The translations under genes and the position numbers were made by a program. Under the pieces are notes generated by a model. The model had not been told where the DNA came from, ran no database searches, and saw only the letters and a program-made list of their open reading frames with translations. A stretch of DNA of 64,000 nt from contig OX597814.1 in NCBI GenBank assembly GCA_951406725.2, positions 224,750,001 through 224,814,000 on the forward strand, written 5' to 3'. Source of the DNA: Octopus vulgaris (taxonomy: Eukaryota). Shown piece by piece: positions 50,705 to 64,000 of this stretch (positions are counted from its first letter, which is position 1; each line of letters begins with the position of its first letter).

Positions 50705-52167
50705 TTATCCTATATTCCATTATTATCCTAATGATGAACGTATGACGCATGCGCCAGCAGTGATATATCATGAGTTCGTTTTTGGTGATACTTCATGAAT
50801 TTAAAATAATCTCCCTGCAATGACTTGTTTTAAAAATCTTATTTATAAGCTTTTACTTTAAACGGAAATTCTTATATATATGTTAGTTATACTCCAATAA
50901 AAACATTACTAAAAAAATTCACACATCGGATTTAAGCTACTCGCCATCATCGCTATAAGTCGAGCTGGATGAATAAGGCCTTTAAGTCTGAAATCTGAGG
51001 GCTTTTCTTGTATTATGTTTCTCGAAAATGTCTTGGGTCAGTTAATCGATCATTTCTAGCCATATTTAGTCGGTACCATCTGTTATGTAACACATTCAAA
51101 ATCGATTAATCAATAATAAATATTTGCTGTGGAAACTAATTATTGTCTTGTCAGTGATTCAGATAACATTTTCTGTCTTCACAGCTGAAGTCTGAATCAA
51201 CAAGGCTGTCCTCGTTTCATTTATTCGTTAATTTCATAAACGCATCTCATATCTTACCTAATTTATACTGATACAGAATAATGAATATTGAATAAAGGGA
51301 AAACATTGAACTTTGAATCTCTTTGGGTTACTAAACCAAAAATTGGTTCCTGTCTTTTATTCTAATTCCATTCAGCTAAGATCAACTGTAGCAATATAAA
51401 TCGAACTTAGTATTTCACGTTAATGATCCCGGAAGGATGAACAGTAAATTGACCACGGCGCGATTTGAATTGAGAATGTAAACTACCGTAATTAAAAGAC
51501 TGGGGAGCATTTATTAGACAATCTAATGAATCTGTCAATCCGCTGTTAGATTGGTGAGATAATAAAACGATAAACGTCGCCGTTTTCAAGCCTAGTCAGG
51601 CTCATGGGTCCGGTTTCCCGGTTTTTGTGGCGTATGTGTTCCCCCAGCTGGACGGGATGCCAGCCCATCGCAGCGATACTCAAGAAACAGGAAGAGAGAG
51701 TGAGAGAAAGTTGTAGCGAAAGAGTACAACAGGGGTCGCCTTCACCCCCTGCCGGAGCCTCGTGGAGCTTTTAGGTGTTTTCGCTCAATAAACACACACA
51801 ACGCTTGGTCTGGGAATCGAAACCGCAATCCTCCGACCGCGAGTCCGCTACCCTAACCACTGGGCCATTGTGCATCAACGGCGAGATAATAATTGTTTCC
51901 AAAATAGGTACCAGACCAGAGATTTTTGGTGGTAGGTGGTGGGGTATAGTCGATTATATCGATTCCAGTGCTTGACTGATATTTTGTATTATCGATTTCG
52001 AAAGGGATGAAGGGAAAAGCTGACCCCAACAGAGATTGTTCTTAAAGTGCAATGAGCTAGAGTATATACCGTAAAATTCTAATGAATCTGCTAATCCATC
52101 GCTTTGATTACAAAGATGTTAAGAAGATAATAATGTTCATTCCTTTCTCGAATGAAATAAGACAACT

Positions 52168-53792
52168 GGCACAGTCATGCCTTTGGTTGTCAGGATGAAA
52201 GTAGAAAAAGTGTGACGTCAAAATGACGTCACACTTTTTCTCGTCCATCTTCGTTTCTTTCCGTATAATTTATCAAATTAAAAAACGCAAAATCAAAAAC
52301 GCGTGTAAATATATCAAATTAATAAACGCAAATTATTTAGAATGTAAAAATATTATTTTCAACGGAGAGATTATCAAAATATAAACTTGAAGTTAAGTTT
52401 AAAAAATAAATGTGATACTTATTCTGTTTTGATACTTATACTCTCTATATCTCAAACACATGGATATAGCTGTCGAATTTGCTCCATCAACTTTCCGAAT
52501 ATATCGTCCTTAAATTCATAGCGCCACATGAATTCGATGAGATGGGTCTGAAGTAAATTTCGGGCTGTTCCGTTTTCTCTTCTGTTACGATTCTTCACGT
52601 GTTTCCATAAACATTCTATGTGGTTGGTTGTGGCAATGATTACCGGATCAACAAAATTTATTGAATGATTCACGGTCAAATGTCTGTATCCTAGCTGATT
52701 GAGCGTATTATACGAACGCCAAAGGTCGGAAATTATGGTTGTACCAGGCAATATACGCTCTCGTATAATTTGTAAAAGAGTGTCCGCTGTCCGATCTTCC
52801 ACTGCCACTAAAATACATCTTCTGGTATCTCTTTCTAAAGCACCAAACACCCACTGCGTTTTAACCCGATGGCCAACATTATATTTTCTTCTAACAAACG
52901 CGCTTTCGTCTATCTCTACGATTCGGTTCGGTCCTCCGAGCTTAATGTTCTGTGCAACATAATATTCTGCACATATATCGCGGCAAAAATTCCTCCAATC
53001 TGTCACGGCTACATTTGCTAAATGACATTCCTGTCCTATTCCTTTTGCTAAATCTTCTTTGGCCCAGTAATACAATATATCTATGATTTGTTGATACTTC
53101 AATTTACTATTTTCTAAAAATGTTCCTTTTCTAATCGAAACGGTTTTTCGACAAGGCCTTCCACACGACCATATTACTTCATCCGATATACTTTTTTTCG
53201 CTATTTCACTCATGGTACCTCCACACGATATACATATTTTCTGGGTATTCAAAAGGCCATGTCTCTTAAGCCAATTAATGCTATCTGCTGTTGTAGCCGT
53301 GGCGATGGCAATATCGCGGTGACTAATTCCTCTTAGACTTGGATATGCTAAAGCCATATTGAAAATTTTTTCGCACGTGTTGATATCACACTGAAAGACT
53401 TTCAAACTGAAATTTCAAATTTTGAATTACGCACGTGGTGGTCAGTGGTCATTCTGATTGGTGTATGTGATCGCAGTGATGGTCATGGGGGTTCATTTGT
53501 GCAGATTTGGTGTGATTTCTTTTTTAAAAACAATAATGAATAATGCAAGAATATATTTATTTATAAAGTTTCAACAGAACATGGAATGAAATGTATTTAT
53601 TTATAAACTTAACTTCAAGCTTCAATTGTTTATAAACCTAGCGTGGTGGTACGTAAATAAACGGCGTAAATTAAAGCGTAGTGGTACGTAAATAAACGAA
53701 AGTTTAAACATGACGACGTAAATACACGAAGTTGACATCTGACGTCAGATTTTTCTACTTTCACTTCTGACAACCAAAGGCATGACTGTGCC
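52168..53792 (-). mobile_element. Merlin (IS1595/ISXO2-like) DNA transposon, full length, 1625 bp
   Basis: Perfect 26-bp TIR GGCACAGTCATGCCTTTGGTTGTCAG, imperfect to ~52 bp. 8-bp TSD AGACAACT at 52160-52167 and 53793-53800. Confidence 0.95.
52452..53357 (-). CDS. Merlin / ISXO2-like DDE transposase, 301 aa from first ATG
   Basis: Uninterrupted ORF. Zn-ribbon CISC…CGRPC, then GGPNRIVEIDES (D), GTTIISDLW (D), TVNHS, TNHIECLW (E), HLIEFMWR. Confidence 0.93.
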   Translation of the reverse strand: MALAYPSLRGISHRDIAIATATTADSINWLKRHGLLNTQKICISCGGTMSEIAKKSISDEVIWSCGRPCRKTVSIRKGTFLENSKLKYQQIIDILYYWAKEDLAKGIGQECHLANVAVTDWRNFCRDICAEYYVAQNIKLGGPNRIVEIDESAFVRRKYNVGHRVKTQWVFGALERDTRRCILVAVEDRTADTLLQIIRERILPGTTIISDLWRSYNTLNQLGYRHLTVNHSINFVDPVIIATTNHIECLWKHVKNRNRRENGTARNLLQTHLIEFMWRYEFKDDIFGKLMEQIRQLYPCV

Positions 53793-54507
53793 AGACAACT
53801 ACAATTACAGATCGAACTTAATTCAGTTCGACACGATTGTACCTCCTTTATGCTTCACTCCCTCCGTAGTCATTTTGGTTTCTTATATTTCAACAAGTTC
53901 TTTGATGATAGAGACGAGATAGAATGGTGACCGTGGTATAAAAGAAAATTAGCGAGCAGAAGAAGTGAAATACTTCGAAAGAATTTCGTTGAACTAAACC
54001 TAAAAGGTGTTTATTTTATTATTTTAGAGAAGAAAACGGGAAGTCAGAGAGAGAATTTGTGAACGGCGTTAGAGTTACAAGTGAAATATAATAGGTTTTG
54101 TTTGAAACCAAATTTGCACTCGGACTTGGATTGATGTGAATTCATCCTTAACTCTATGGCATTTGGCTCAGAAATCAAGAATGTTTTCCAGAATAAGCAA
54201 AAGATTTGGGTAATGGACATAGTCTATCAACTTGATTCAAGTACTTGGCAGTTTCATTATTTTATCAAGCCAGGAAGAAGATTAGACAATATTGACCTCG
54301 GGAGGAACGTAAAGAGTCGTAGCTAAATATCATAAGTAATTTTGCCCGACGCTTTTCGGATTCTGCCAACGAATTTTGTCACAGATTAACTCGTTGAATT
54401 GGAAGGATTTTGAGCAAATAACCAAAGCTTTAACTGTTCGTTTCATTGATTCATGTGTGAAAATACTTAATTCGTAAGGGTTAAATCCAAGAAACTAAAA
54501 AACTACA

Positions 54508-54657
<150 letters not shown>

Positions 54658-54907
54658 CCTCTCTACTATAGGCACAAGGCCAGGAATTTTGGGGGATGGG
54701 GCTAGTCGATTACTTTGACCACAGTGTGTAACTGGTACTTATTTTATCAATTCCGAAAGGATGAAAGGCGAAGTTGACCTCGGTCGCTTTTGAATTCAGA
54801 AAGCAAAGACGGACGAAATACCGCTAAGCGTTTTGCTCGGCCTGTTAACGATTCTTTCAGCTTGCTCCCTTAACAAGAACAAGAACAAGAACAAGAACAA
54901 GAACAAG

Positions 54908-54953
<46 letters not shown>

Positions 54954-55450
54954 ATAATTATAATACAGATTTGCTTGTTAGTTGCTTGACCTTCACCAGT
55001 TGAGCATGTCCCTTAGTGGCTGACGATATGTGCATCTCTGATCACGAGCAGAAGTTGTGGGAGAACATCATAGCCATGTGTTGAGAGGCATTCTTTGGGG
55101 TTTGAATAATTCACCTCTGGAAACATGGATGTTTCGTTCAACATCCTTAAACAACCCTTATTCAGGGACCTTTTGAGCGGGATGGGCTACTCGTCCAGAA
55201 GAAAATTCTAACTGGGCCCCACCTGCAAGATCACGCGCTGTTTATCTTGATATGAGATCACCATGTCGCACACATATGGTTGTGATGCATGTGCCTGGTG
55301 TATGATTTGGCTTATGTCTATCATTGTTTGAATTACATAATAGTGTTTTTTCTCTAATTTATATATTACATATTTATATTGTGAAATTTGATTTAATACT
55401 AAATTGAATTTTCCCCTGTAAGTTTGGAGTTATACTCCCTATTATTATTA

Positions 55451-55533
<83 letters not shown>

Positions 55534-55757
55534 GTTATTATATAAATATATATATATATCATATATATTATATATATGTATGTGTGTGTGTGGTCTTAAA
55601 AATATGTTAACATTTTTAGGATGACTGGGCCTAAAAAAAGCCTGAAAGCCAAGTAATTAGTAATGCCTCACCATAGCCAATTAGTTATGAAATCTATCAT
55701 CAAGATTATCTCTGAACGGCATTAAAAATAATGTACGAAGATCTTTCGGATACGTAC

Positions 55758-55894
55758 CTGAATGCCGCCATATTCAAATCCTGCAGCTAAAACTTTACCA
55801 TCAAACGAGAATTGTAAGCTGTATGTGGCTCCAACTTCTGTAGAATATGGAATGTTGTGTAGAATCTTTACTTCAGAAAATCCCTGTGTGTTTC
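55758..55894 (-). CDS. WD40-repeat protein, exon 2
   Basis: Acceptor tttttcctctcttag|, donor CAG|gtacgt, 137 nt. Encodes GNTQGFSEVKILHNIPYSTEVGATYSLQFSFDGKVLAAGFEYGGIQ, a WD40 blade pattern. Confidence 0.85.
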
Positions 55895-55943
55895 CTAAGA
55901 GAGGAAAAAATATACACTGGTACCGGATATATACATACAAGCA

Positions 55944-55989
<46 letters not shown>

Positions 55990-58398
55990 CATTAGGTGTA
56001 CTCGGATATGAAACGTCGTAACAAAATCAATGTTGGCTATAATTTCCACAGAAAATCTGTACAGATAACCTGAATAAGTCATTTAATAGCACTGCTAACA
56101 CAGTAGAACACAGTATTGACTTATAAAAACGCCTAATATACTTTGTTGTATATTATGGTTGCATAACGAAATACCGTGTCCCTATAAGTCATTGATATTT
56201 ATGTACCAACTTCCAGGAATGTGTTTTATAGGTAAAATTGGATTGTAATAATGCTAACACCGCTATAGTATTGATGTTTTGGGAAAGTGGGGCCAATGCG
56301 ACCTTGTTTAATCCTCATTATGCATTTGGGAAATAAAGAGCCCTTCACATGTAAGTCAAGTCACTTTTCGAATGGTTTGATTTGCTTGGCCATTGTGTTG
56401 CTTGCTTTATAAAGGATAATTTAAGTTATTCGTTACTGATTTCTAAATCACCACAACCATACGTCACTATCTCCGAAATTCTTGACGTTCTTGGGATAAA
56501 CTTGTTGCAGCACTTTGCTTGTGTGCATCATAGATATCATTACGACTGGATCATTGTTAAATAAGTCATTTCCTCATTGACTCTTCAAAATTTGCGTCTT
56601 TTGCTACTCTCATACATGTCATTGCATCAATAGATGATGATTTCTGATTTGTAAGAATAGATTTTAAAGAAAATGCAGTGAGTTTGTCGAAAACGGCTTC
56701 TTTTTAACTGAATCTTTCACTAATAAACCAGCCTCTTTCTTTTAGCAATAACTTTCTGGGTCACAGATTGAATCACATTATTCTGCTTTAGATTATTACT
56801 CTCCTTTGAAACCATGCGGTGAACTACAATACTGTAATACACACAATTTCAGAAATATTTACAAAAACTGTATGGCAACAAAGTTGTGTTGTGTTGCATG
56901 TAGTGTTCATTATTACAGCATACACTGTACAACCATGCTGAACCTACTAGACTGGCAAACATAAACATGAATACTTTAGACTACTTCGAACTAACTTAAG
57001 CTGAGTATGTATTAAAAAAGAATTGCGGCAAGATCATATCATGATACTGCACGAACAGAATTACTGTAAAGAAAACCAGTTTCTGTTAATAAATTTCAGA
57101 TGAATATATACCAACAACTCTTCGCCATGAAAACTAGTGTTTATTGGAGGGGAGTGCAAAATCGCATTAGAAAGTTATTTTTATATAGGTAACAAGCTGT
57201 ATATAAAAGAAAAGTAGGAAAATTAAGAGTTAGTTAGTTAGGGAGACAGTACGAAATGCTTGAAAGAAAAGGTAGAGATGTATAAAAGTGTAAAAGGAAT
57301 ATGCATTGGGTTTTAGTTTTCTTTCCCATTATTTTGCCATCCACTAAATATATATGATACAACTGTTTGGAGCGCAGTGCTATCTCGAAACAGCAGTACA
57401 ATATTTCATGAAAAAGCGGGAGTAAATGATTTGATTTCTCATGGGGACACATTTTCGAATATGATTTTTATGATGAAATATTTCTCTTTGACGAATCTGC
57501 AGCTGTCTGTTTTGGCGTCAACGAAAATATTTACTACAGCAACAGAGTACCATCAGCTTCGAACGATTGTTTGTGTGTATGTACGTATGTTCTATATATG
57601 TCAGGTCACTTTCGAGTGCTACTGGTAACATGTAACCCAGTACAACCTGTTGCATGGTCGGGTCGTCGGTGACTAAACCGGCAACCCCACCAAGCTTGCT
57701 TGGTGAGGAGGGTGTTTATTGAACACCCAGCGGGATGAAAAACAAAACCCGTCAAAGGGCAGAGGAACTCTTTAGAGTCAACAGCCATCCAATAAATGTC
57801 TTAAGGTTGTATCATGCGTGGGGACATAGAAATAATCGGACTGAATACTCGATCGCGCGGTTAAACCATTGGGTGTGAAGGACTCCTAGCCTTTGTTAGG
57901 GCATCCTTCTAGGAGAAGGTAACTCAGGTAACTGCGATAACTCTGACATAAAACCTGCGGCTCAGTGGCTACCGATGATGTTGACTTGTTCTTCTTTTCG
58001 GATTATGGCTGCTGTTGCTTATTGAGTGGGATTGACTCAGTGCACAGCCTTTCCTCACTTTAAAAAAATCTTCTTGCCCAGGCATTGCATGATAACAACA
58101 TTGATTAAGCTTCGTGCAATGGTCATACTCGATAACGAGGGGGCAGCCACCATGTTCTATATATGTATGTTCGATGTATATACATGTACGTGTGTGCGTA
58201 TGTACATACATATACCTAACGTACATACACACACAAACACACACATATCAAAATTTGACAATCTGCCCTGAGTTTTGAATCAATAAACACATCCATCCAC
58301 TCAAGCCAACGAAATGAGTTTTATATTGAGTTCTATATCATAAATATTTCCACTTTCTAAAAGGTATTTTAATACACTTCACACATTTTTACATTATG

Positions 58399-58440
<42 letters not shown>

Positions 58441-58603
58441 ATATATCTACACACACAAACATAGGCATAATATATCTTACAATATGTTGACCTTTTGTTT
58501 CTGCTTGAAACGGAAGATGTTTCTCATTATTTTCTTTTGTACGTTTCAGTCTCAGAGGTTTAATAAACACTTTCGTCTTCTCATACTACTACTACTACTA
58601 CAA

Positions 58604-58687
<84 letters not shown>

Positions 58688-58764
58688 GAAGTATTATTTC
58701 CTCAGTTGCAGACGTTGCTACGTTTTCATCGCTTTGTGTATTTTCGTTTCTTTTTTTTCTTTAC

Positions 58765-58846
58765 CTTCATCCGGGCACTTACTAACGCAACTTAATAATT
58801 TACTAACGTTTAAGGTCGTTTGCTTAGTGTTACTAAACAAGGACAT
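58765..58846 (-). CDS. WD40-repeat protein, exon 1 (start codon)
   Basis: ATG at 58846 gives MSLFSNTKQTTLNVSKLLSCVSKCPDE+G, then donor G|gtaaag. The 82-nt phase-1 end fits the phase-1 acceptor of exon 2. It has no conserved motif, so it is the least certain exon. Confidence 0.6.
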
Positions 58847-59560
58847 GCGAACTAACTACCAAGCGGATATAAAGTAATAAATAAATAAATAATTAAAAAG
58901 TAACAAAAAATACTAGGTTTACAGCCATAGAAATCGTATGTAACCTTGTGGTAGTAATATCTTAAGTCATGTGAACAATTAATTAACATTTGAAAGAAGT
59001 CACTACTCAGATATATTACTGTTTAGACTCGAGCTCATTTGAGGACGAGCTATTATTTCAATTATTTCTTACTCTGAATAATTAAAATATGTCATTGGCT
59101 AAAGGTTATATATTAAACCTACTATAATTCTCACTAATCATCATCATCATCTTCCTCATCATCATTTAACGTCCGCTTTCCATGCTAGCATGAGTTGGAA
59201 GATTTGACTGAGAACTGGTGAACCAGATGGCTGCGCCAGGCTCCAATCTGATTTGGCAGAGTTTCTACAGCTGGATGCCCTTCGTAACGCCAACCACTCC
59301 GAGAGCGTAGTGGGTGCTTTTACGTACCACCGGCACGAAGATCAGTAATTTTGATGGAAGGAACAAGTTGATTATATTTATTTGCGCCGCTCACGCAGGG
59401 CAAGCGCCTTGAAATGGTTTAATAGAATAAATCTTCATCAGTAAATTACTTTTTAAGTTTGGTACTTATTCTATCGGTCTCTTTTGTCAACCACTAAGTT
59501 ACAGGAACAAACCAGCACCAGTTGCCAAGTGACTGTGAGCAGGAACAAATATAAGCACAC

Positions 59561-59598
<38 letters not shown>

Positions 59599-60132
59599 AC
59601 ATGCACGTACATATATATATACGATAGGCTTCCACACAGTTTTCGTATATCAAATTCACTCACAAGGCTTTAGTAGGTAGGGGGCTATAGTATAAGAAAC
59701 TTGCTTAAGATGCCACGCAGTGAGACTGAACTCAAAACCACGTCGTTGCAAAGCGAGCTTCTTAACCACACTATCATATCTATGTCTCTATGCAGAACAT
59801 TAAAAACCACGCTGAATAAAAACCACGCATTTTATAGTTTGGAGAATCTAAACGTTTTGTAACGAAGCTCTGTTGGTCTGCATGTTAGGTTAATAGGATA
59901 TTACCTCTAAACATAAACGTAACTAAATGTCTATGACCTACGACCAATAGTTCAATATATAACTGGCGAAGACGATTAAAATTTATTAGCGTAGATTATT
60001 TTGCTTTAAACAGATGGTATGTCAAGATACAACGCATTACGTCACTCAATCGAAGTATTATGTTTTTAATACTTGTATTGAGTAGCTTTCTGTGTTATCT
60101 ACAGAAGGCATTGTCGAACGTATCCAAAGTCT

Positions 60133-60173
<41 letters not shown>

Positions 60174-60174
60174 T

Positions 60175-60572
60175 TACTTTTATTCTTTTACTTGGTTCAC
60201 TCATTTGACTGGGGCCATGCTGGAGCGCCGCCTCGAAGGGTTTTAGTCGATCAAGTCGACCTCAGGACTTATTTTTTATGTCCAGTACTTATTCTATTGG
60301 TTCTTTTGCTGAACCACTAAGTTACGGTAACGTAAACACACCAAAACCGGTTGTCAAGCAGTAATGGGAGGACAAACACAGATACAAAGGCACACAGATG
60401 CACACACACACACGTATGTATATACGACGGGCTTCTTTTAGTTTCCGTCAGCCACATCCACCCACGAGGCTTTGGTCAGCCCGAGGCTATACTAAAGGAC
60501 ACTTGCACAAGATGCCACATAGAGGGACTGAACACGAAAACATGTTGTTGAGAAGCAAGCCTCTTACCACAC
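60175..60572 (-). mobile_element. SINE family A (diverged)
   Basis: Same blocks. A further diverged copy lies at ~59455-59772 and a partial at ~37360-37560. Confidence 0.75.
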
Positions 60573-61647
60573 AACTTCATATCATACACGCAATCTGTTA
60601 GCAAGGTTTTGAATTCATCCATGAAAAGCCACATATTAGCTCAAGTCAACCACTCTATATTCGCCAAGAAAGAAACAGTTGTGTCATTAGTAACATTAAC
60701 TATAATGAGGCGGAATTAAATCGTCGAATAATTAATTTTGTTACTGTTTCAGGCCTTGCTGTCTTGTTAATGTCTCAGCTGTTCTTAAAAAGCTCTGCCC
60801 CAAACAGGCTCTGAGTGTAGCACTTGACAAGTCAGTTATACACTACAGTACATGTAACACTACAGTGATAGAACTTCTGTTTTGTGTTCGTATTTAATCC
60901 CCGAAAGAAGGATTAGTATTAGAAAGAGTTTTAATTCACATTGTACCATATCTTTAACGCCCAACATCACGAAATGATATCATCGAATCGAACAGCTGCT
61001 GAGGTTGTTGTAGCCTCATTATTGCGGTCGATAACGTTGTCAATGTTATTGTTTTAATGATTCAATAAGCTGTTTGGCTCTGTTAGCTTCCAATGTTTAG
61101 TATCTCTGTTATATTTAGACTCAGTGTAAAGAATTTATAAGTAACCATAATCCTTTGTTTCATAAACCTATAGTCTTAACATACCAGAGTTATTGACATA
61201 AAGGGATTAGCTAATGACTTGGGATAGATGTCGTGACAGGGATGAAAAGTAGTTAAGAAAATATACAAAAGAAGTGAGAGCATCTTGAACAATGTAATGC
61301 TATAAAAGTGCATTGATATTTCCTTCCCACTTTAGACGAACAATTATAATTATATAACGCAGCCAGAGTGTTACTTTCTGGTGGAACTTCGAATCCCAAA
61401 ACGCTACAGAAAGGAATCAGAACGAATCCGAATCGAAGGGAGGATAATTCTTTGAAGAATTTTTTAAAATGAACTTAAAATATTTAGAAATATATTTTAG
61501 AAAAAAACATTGAATTCGACCGTTACTTTATAATTTGGGTATCTCTTTACATCGGTTGATACACAGAATAGATGAAACAGTTCAAATCCGGATGAGAGCT
61601 GGGGATGTTTATATTCAGTCAGAATAGAAAGCAAACTTCGTCCAAAG

Positions 61648-61953
61648 CAGTGGTTCTCAGACCTGTGATTACTGTTCACTTCTGATGAACCCCCAAAGCC
61701 ATTTGATATGTAAAAACTAGTTTTACAGACGATCTTTTCTAAATTCCTATTTTGTTTTCACGTAACTTGTGTAAGTTGAACAATATAAAACACAAGAGAA
61801 AGAAGCCTAGTTGTTTCTTTCATCAAAATCAAAATATTTGATGGACACTTGAAATATTACTGTGGATCCCCGATTTACTATTTGCTTGCATGGAGTCCCT
61901 AAAGTCTTACATAAACTCGCAAGGGCTATGTGGACCCCAGTTGAGAACCACTG
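61648..61953. mobile_element. hAT-type MITE (Charlie-like ends)
   Basis: TIR CAGTGGTTCTCA/TGAGAACCACTG. 8-bp TSD GTCCAAAG at 61640-61647 and 61954-61961. Confidence 0.88.
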
Positions 61954-62369
61954 GTCCAAAGTATGTGGTAATGTATTCAATATAAAAAAAAAAACAAAAT
62001 CTGAACCAGACTACGCCACCATTTTTGACAGGGGGAGATAATCAGTAACGACAAAGTATGACAAGTCTGACTCCCCTCGGCATCTTGATATATTTTCAAA
62101 ACCAAAACATGACTGGGTTAACTGACCATAGTATCTTATCATTATCTTTATGGCATTAAAATAACATTACTGGTTACAATCACTTTGTTTGGATTATCAA
62201 TGATGTAATTTTAGAAGTGGCGCTGGTAATCATCTTCCTGCCAACTATTATTTTTCTTTCTTTCCCCTTCTCCTTTGCTTGTATACTTTCTCTTTCTCTC
62301 GTTTTACATACATATGTATGCATGTATGTATGTATGTATGTATGTATGTATGTATGTATGTATGTATAC

Positions 62370-62444
<75 letters not shown>

Positions 62445-62481
62445 CATCCATCCATCCATCCATCCATCCATCCATCCATCC

Positions 62482-62546
<65 letters not shown>

Positions 62547-62849
62547 ACTATATTCTTTCTATTTGCCCATCTATCTTTCTCCCCTTTTTATGTTTTTTTC
62601 CTTCTATATAATTCAGTCGTTTGACAAGCTTTTTTATTTATTGTTTTCTAACACAATACAGAGAGAATTGCAGCTGCAAATTGGTAGCAAAGAAAGAAAA
62701 TAAAAATTAAACAAAAGTAAGCAAAAACCACAGCCAAACCAGTCTAAGTAATACTGATGTAATCAGCAGAGATGTTTTATAATTTACAATTTAGTGCTGC
62801 AGTTCTGCTCTCATATCCTCTCCTATGATTTACTCCAGGAGATCAAAAT

Positions 62850-63520
62850 ACCACCAGTATGAGGTAACAATAAAACAGCTTAATGAGATTGATGAAACAC
62901 ATTGGTTGTCAGTTCATAATGATATGATAAGCAGGAAAAGTTTCGTTATTTTATTACAGTCTTCTGAAGAAGATAGTGAAATACATGGCATATCTCATTA
63001 TGTACTCAAATTCGCATCTAAAAAGAAGCATTTTTATCAAGTAAAATACGGCTAAACGACAATTTCAATATACGAATATCAGCAAAACTCAAGCTTCGGC
63101 TAAATGAAATTGTTCCTGCTGAAGTTTGGAGTCAAAACTTTATGTTCAGTGTCACCTCTTAAAAATATATTTGCATGAATTGGGTATTTTCCAGTAAGTT
63201 GTGTCTAAATTGATTCTAGCAAGATTTTTTTTTTGGGGGGGGGGGGAATAATTTCTTTTTGACGGTACCAAAAATGATTCTTTCTTCTTTTAAGATAATC
63301 TAACTTGGAAAACGTGAACGTGTCTGATAATCGAAATATCTCAAGTTCAACCTCCTTGGATGTTATCATATCCGAGTCACGCTCTCTAATCAAATTATAG
63401 ACAGCAGATTATTTGCAAATAACTTGCAGATATAAGTGCTGCCGGTTGAAAGCTCCACATACAGGACACTAGAAGTTTGTGGTGTCATCACCAGAGAATG
63501 TGCACCGTTTTGGGGGCATT
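62850..63520 (-). pseudogene. Possible decayed hAT transposase N-terminus
   Basis: Minus strand MPPKRCTFS…CPVCG and ISLSSEDCNKITKLF remnants with many stops. Resemblance judged by eye only. Confidence 0.3.
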
Positions 63521-63713
63521 CCTCGCCGATCAAATTATCAAAAGACAGATATTCTATATTTATCTTATATAGTTAAGAGGAAACGTCGAAATTGTAGAGA
63601 AAAACACTGGATTATTATTTACACTTCATTTTAAAGGAATTGCATGAAATAACATATTTCTCTTTATAAGAGAGATTGCATATTAACAACTGCAATTTCA
63701 ACTACGGTGAGTG

Positions 63714-63750
<37 letters not shown>

Positions 63751-64000
63751 TACGTACACACACATATATTTTGAAATGTCGCTGGGAGGCTAGGAGACAT
63801 TATGGAGAATGTATTCTAGTTAAGACGCTTAGACGCAAGCAAAAGCTGTGCTACTGATGCATATTCTAACATAAATTGAGCTGTTCACTCTATCCATTAC
63901 ATATATCAATGAGGATGGGAACTGTTCACTTTGTCATAGAAAAAGCAAATTAAGAATTGCTAATAATTCCAGGGAACAAAAAAGGGTGATAACTCACGAC

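Noticed and set aside
55883-55886. Alternative acceptor cag| at 55883 for exon 2
   Set aside because: It is phase 0 and gives an immediate stop when joined to phase-1 exon 1. The ttag| at 55894 has the pyrimidine tract and fits the frame.

Overview
AT-rich, microsatellite-dense animal DNA. The SINE families and (TA)n/(CA)n/(TATC)n/(ATT)n content suggest an octopus or other cephalopod (inference). I assembled by hand one complete 8-exon minus-strand WD40-repeat gene (58846 to 6009, 1044 nt CDS, 347 aa, all introns GT-AG and phase-consistent). Its introns carry: (1) a near-perfect 5.2-kb zero-spacer palindrome made of two head-to-head, 5'-truncated Penelope-like retroelements (GIY-YIG endonuclease, Naiad-like motifs), each ending in a type I hammerhead ribozyme; (2) four to five further, sequence-unrelated hammerhead-bearing Penelope-like ends, all embedded in (TA)n and several with the same asymmetric inverted layout; (3) a very homogeneous 13.5 x 344-bp tandem array; (4) an intact Merlin (IS1595-like) DNA transposon with TIRs and an 8-bp TSD; (5) non-autonomous Helitrons, MITEs, a mariner relic, LINE fragments and many SINEs. 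The most interesting signal is the set of (TA)n-targeting, hammerhead-carrying, palindrome-forming Penelope-like elements, with five ribozymes on the host gene's transcribed strand. Most ORFs in the supplied track are microsatellite or repeat artefacts.
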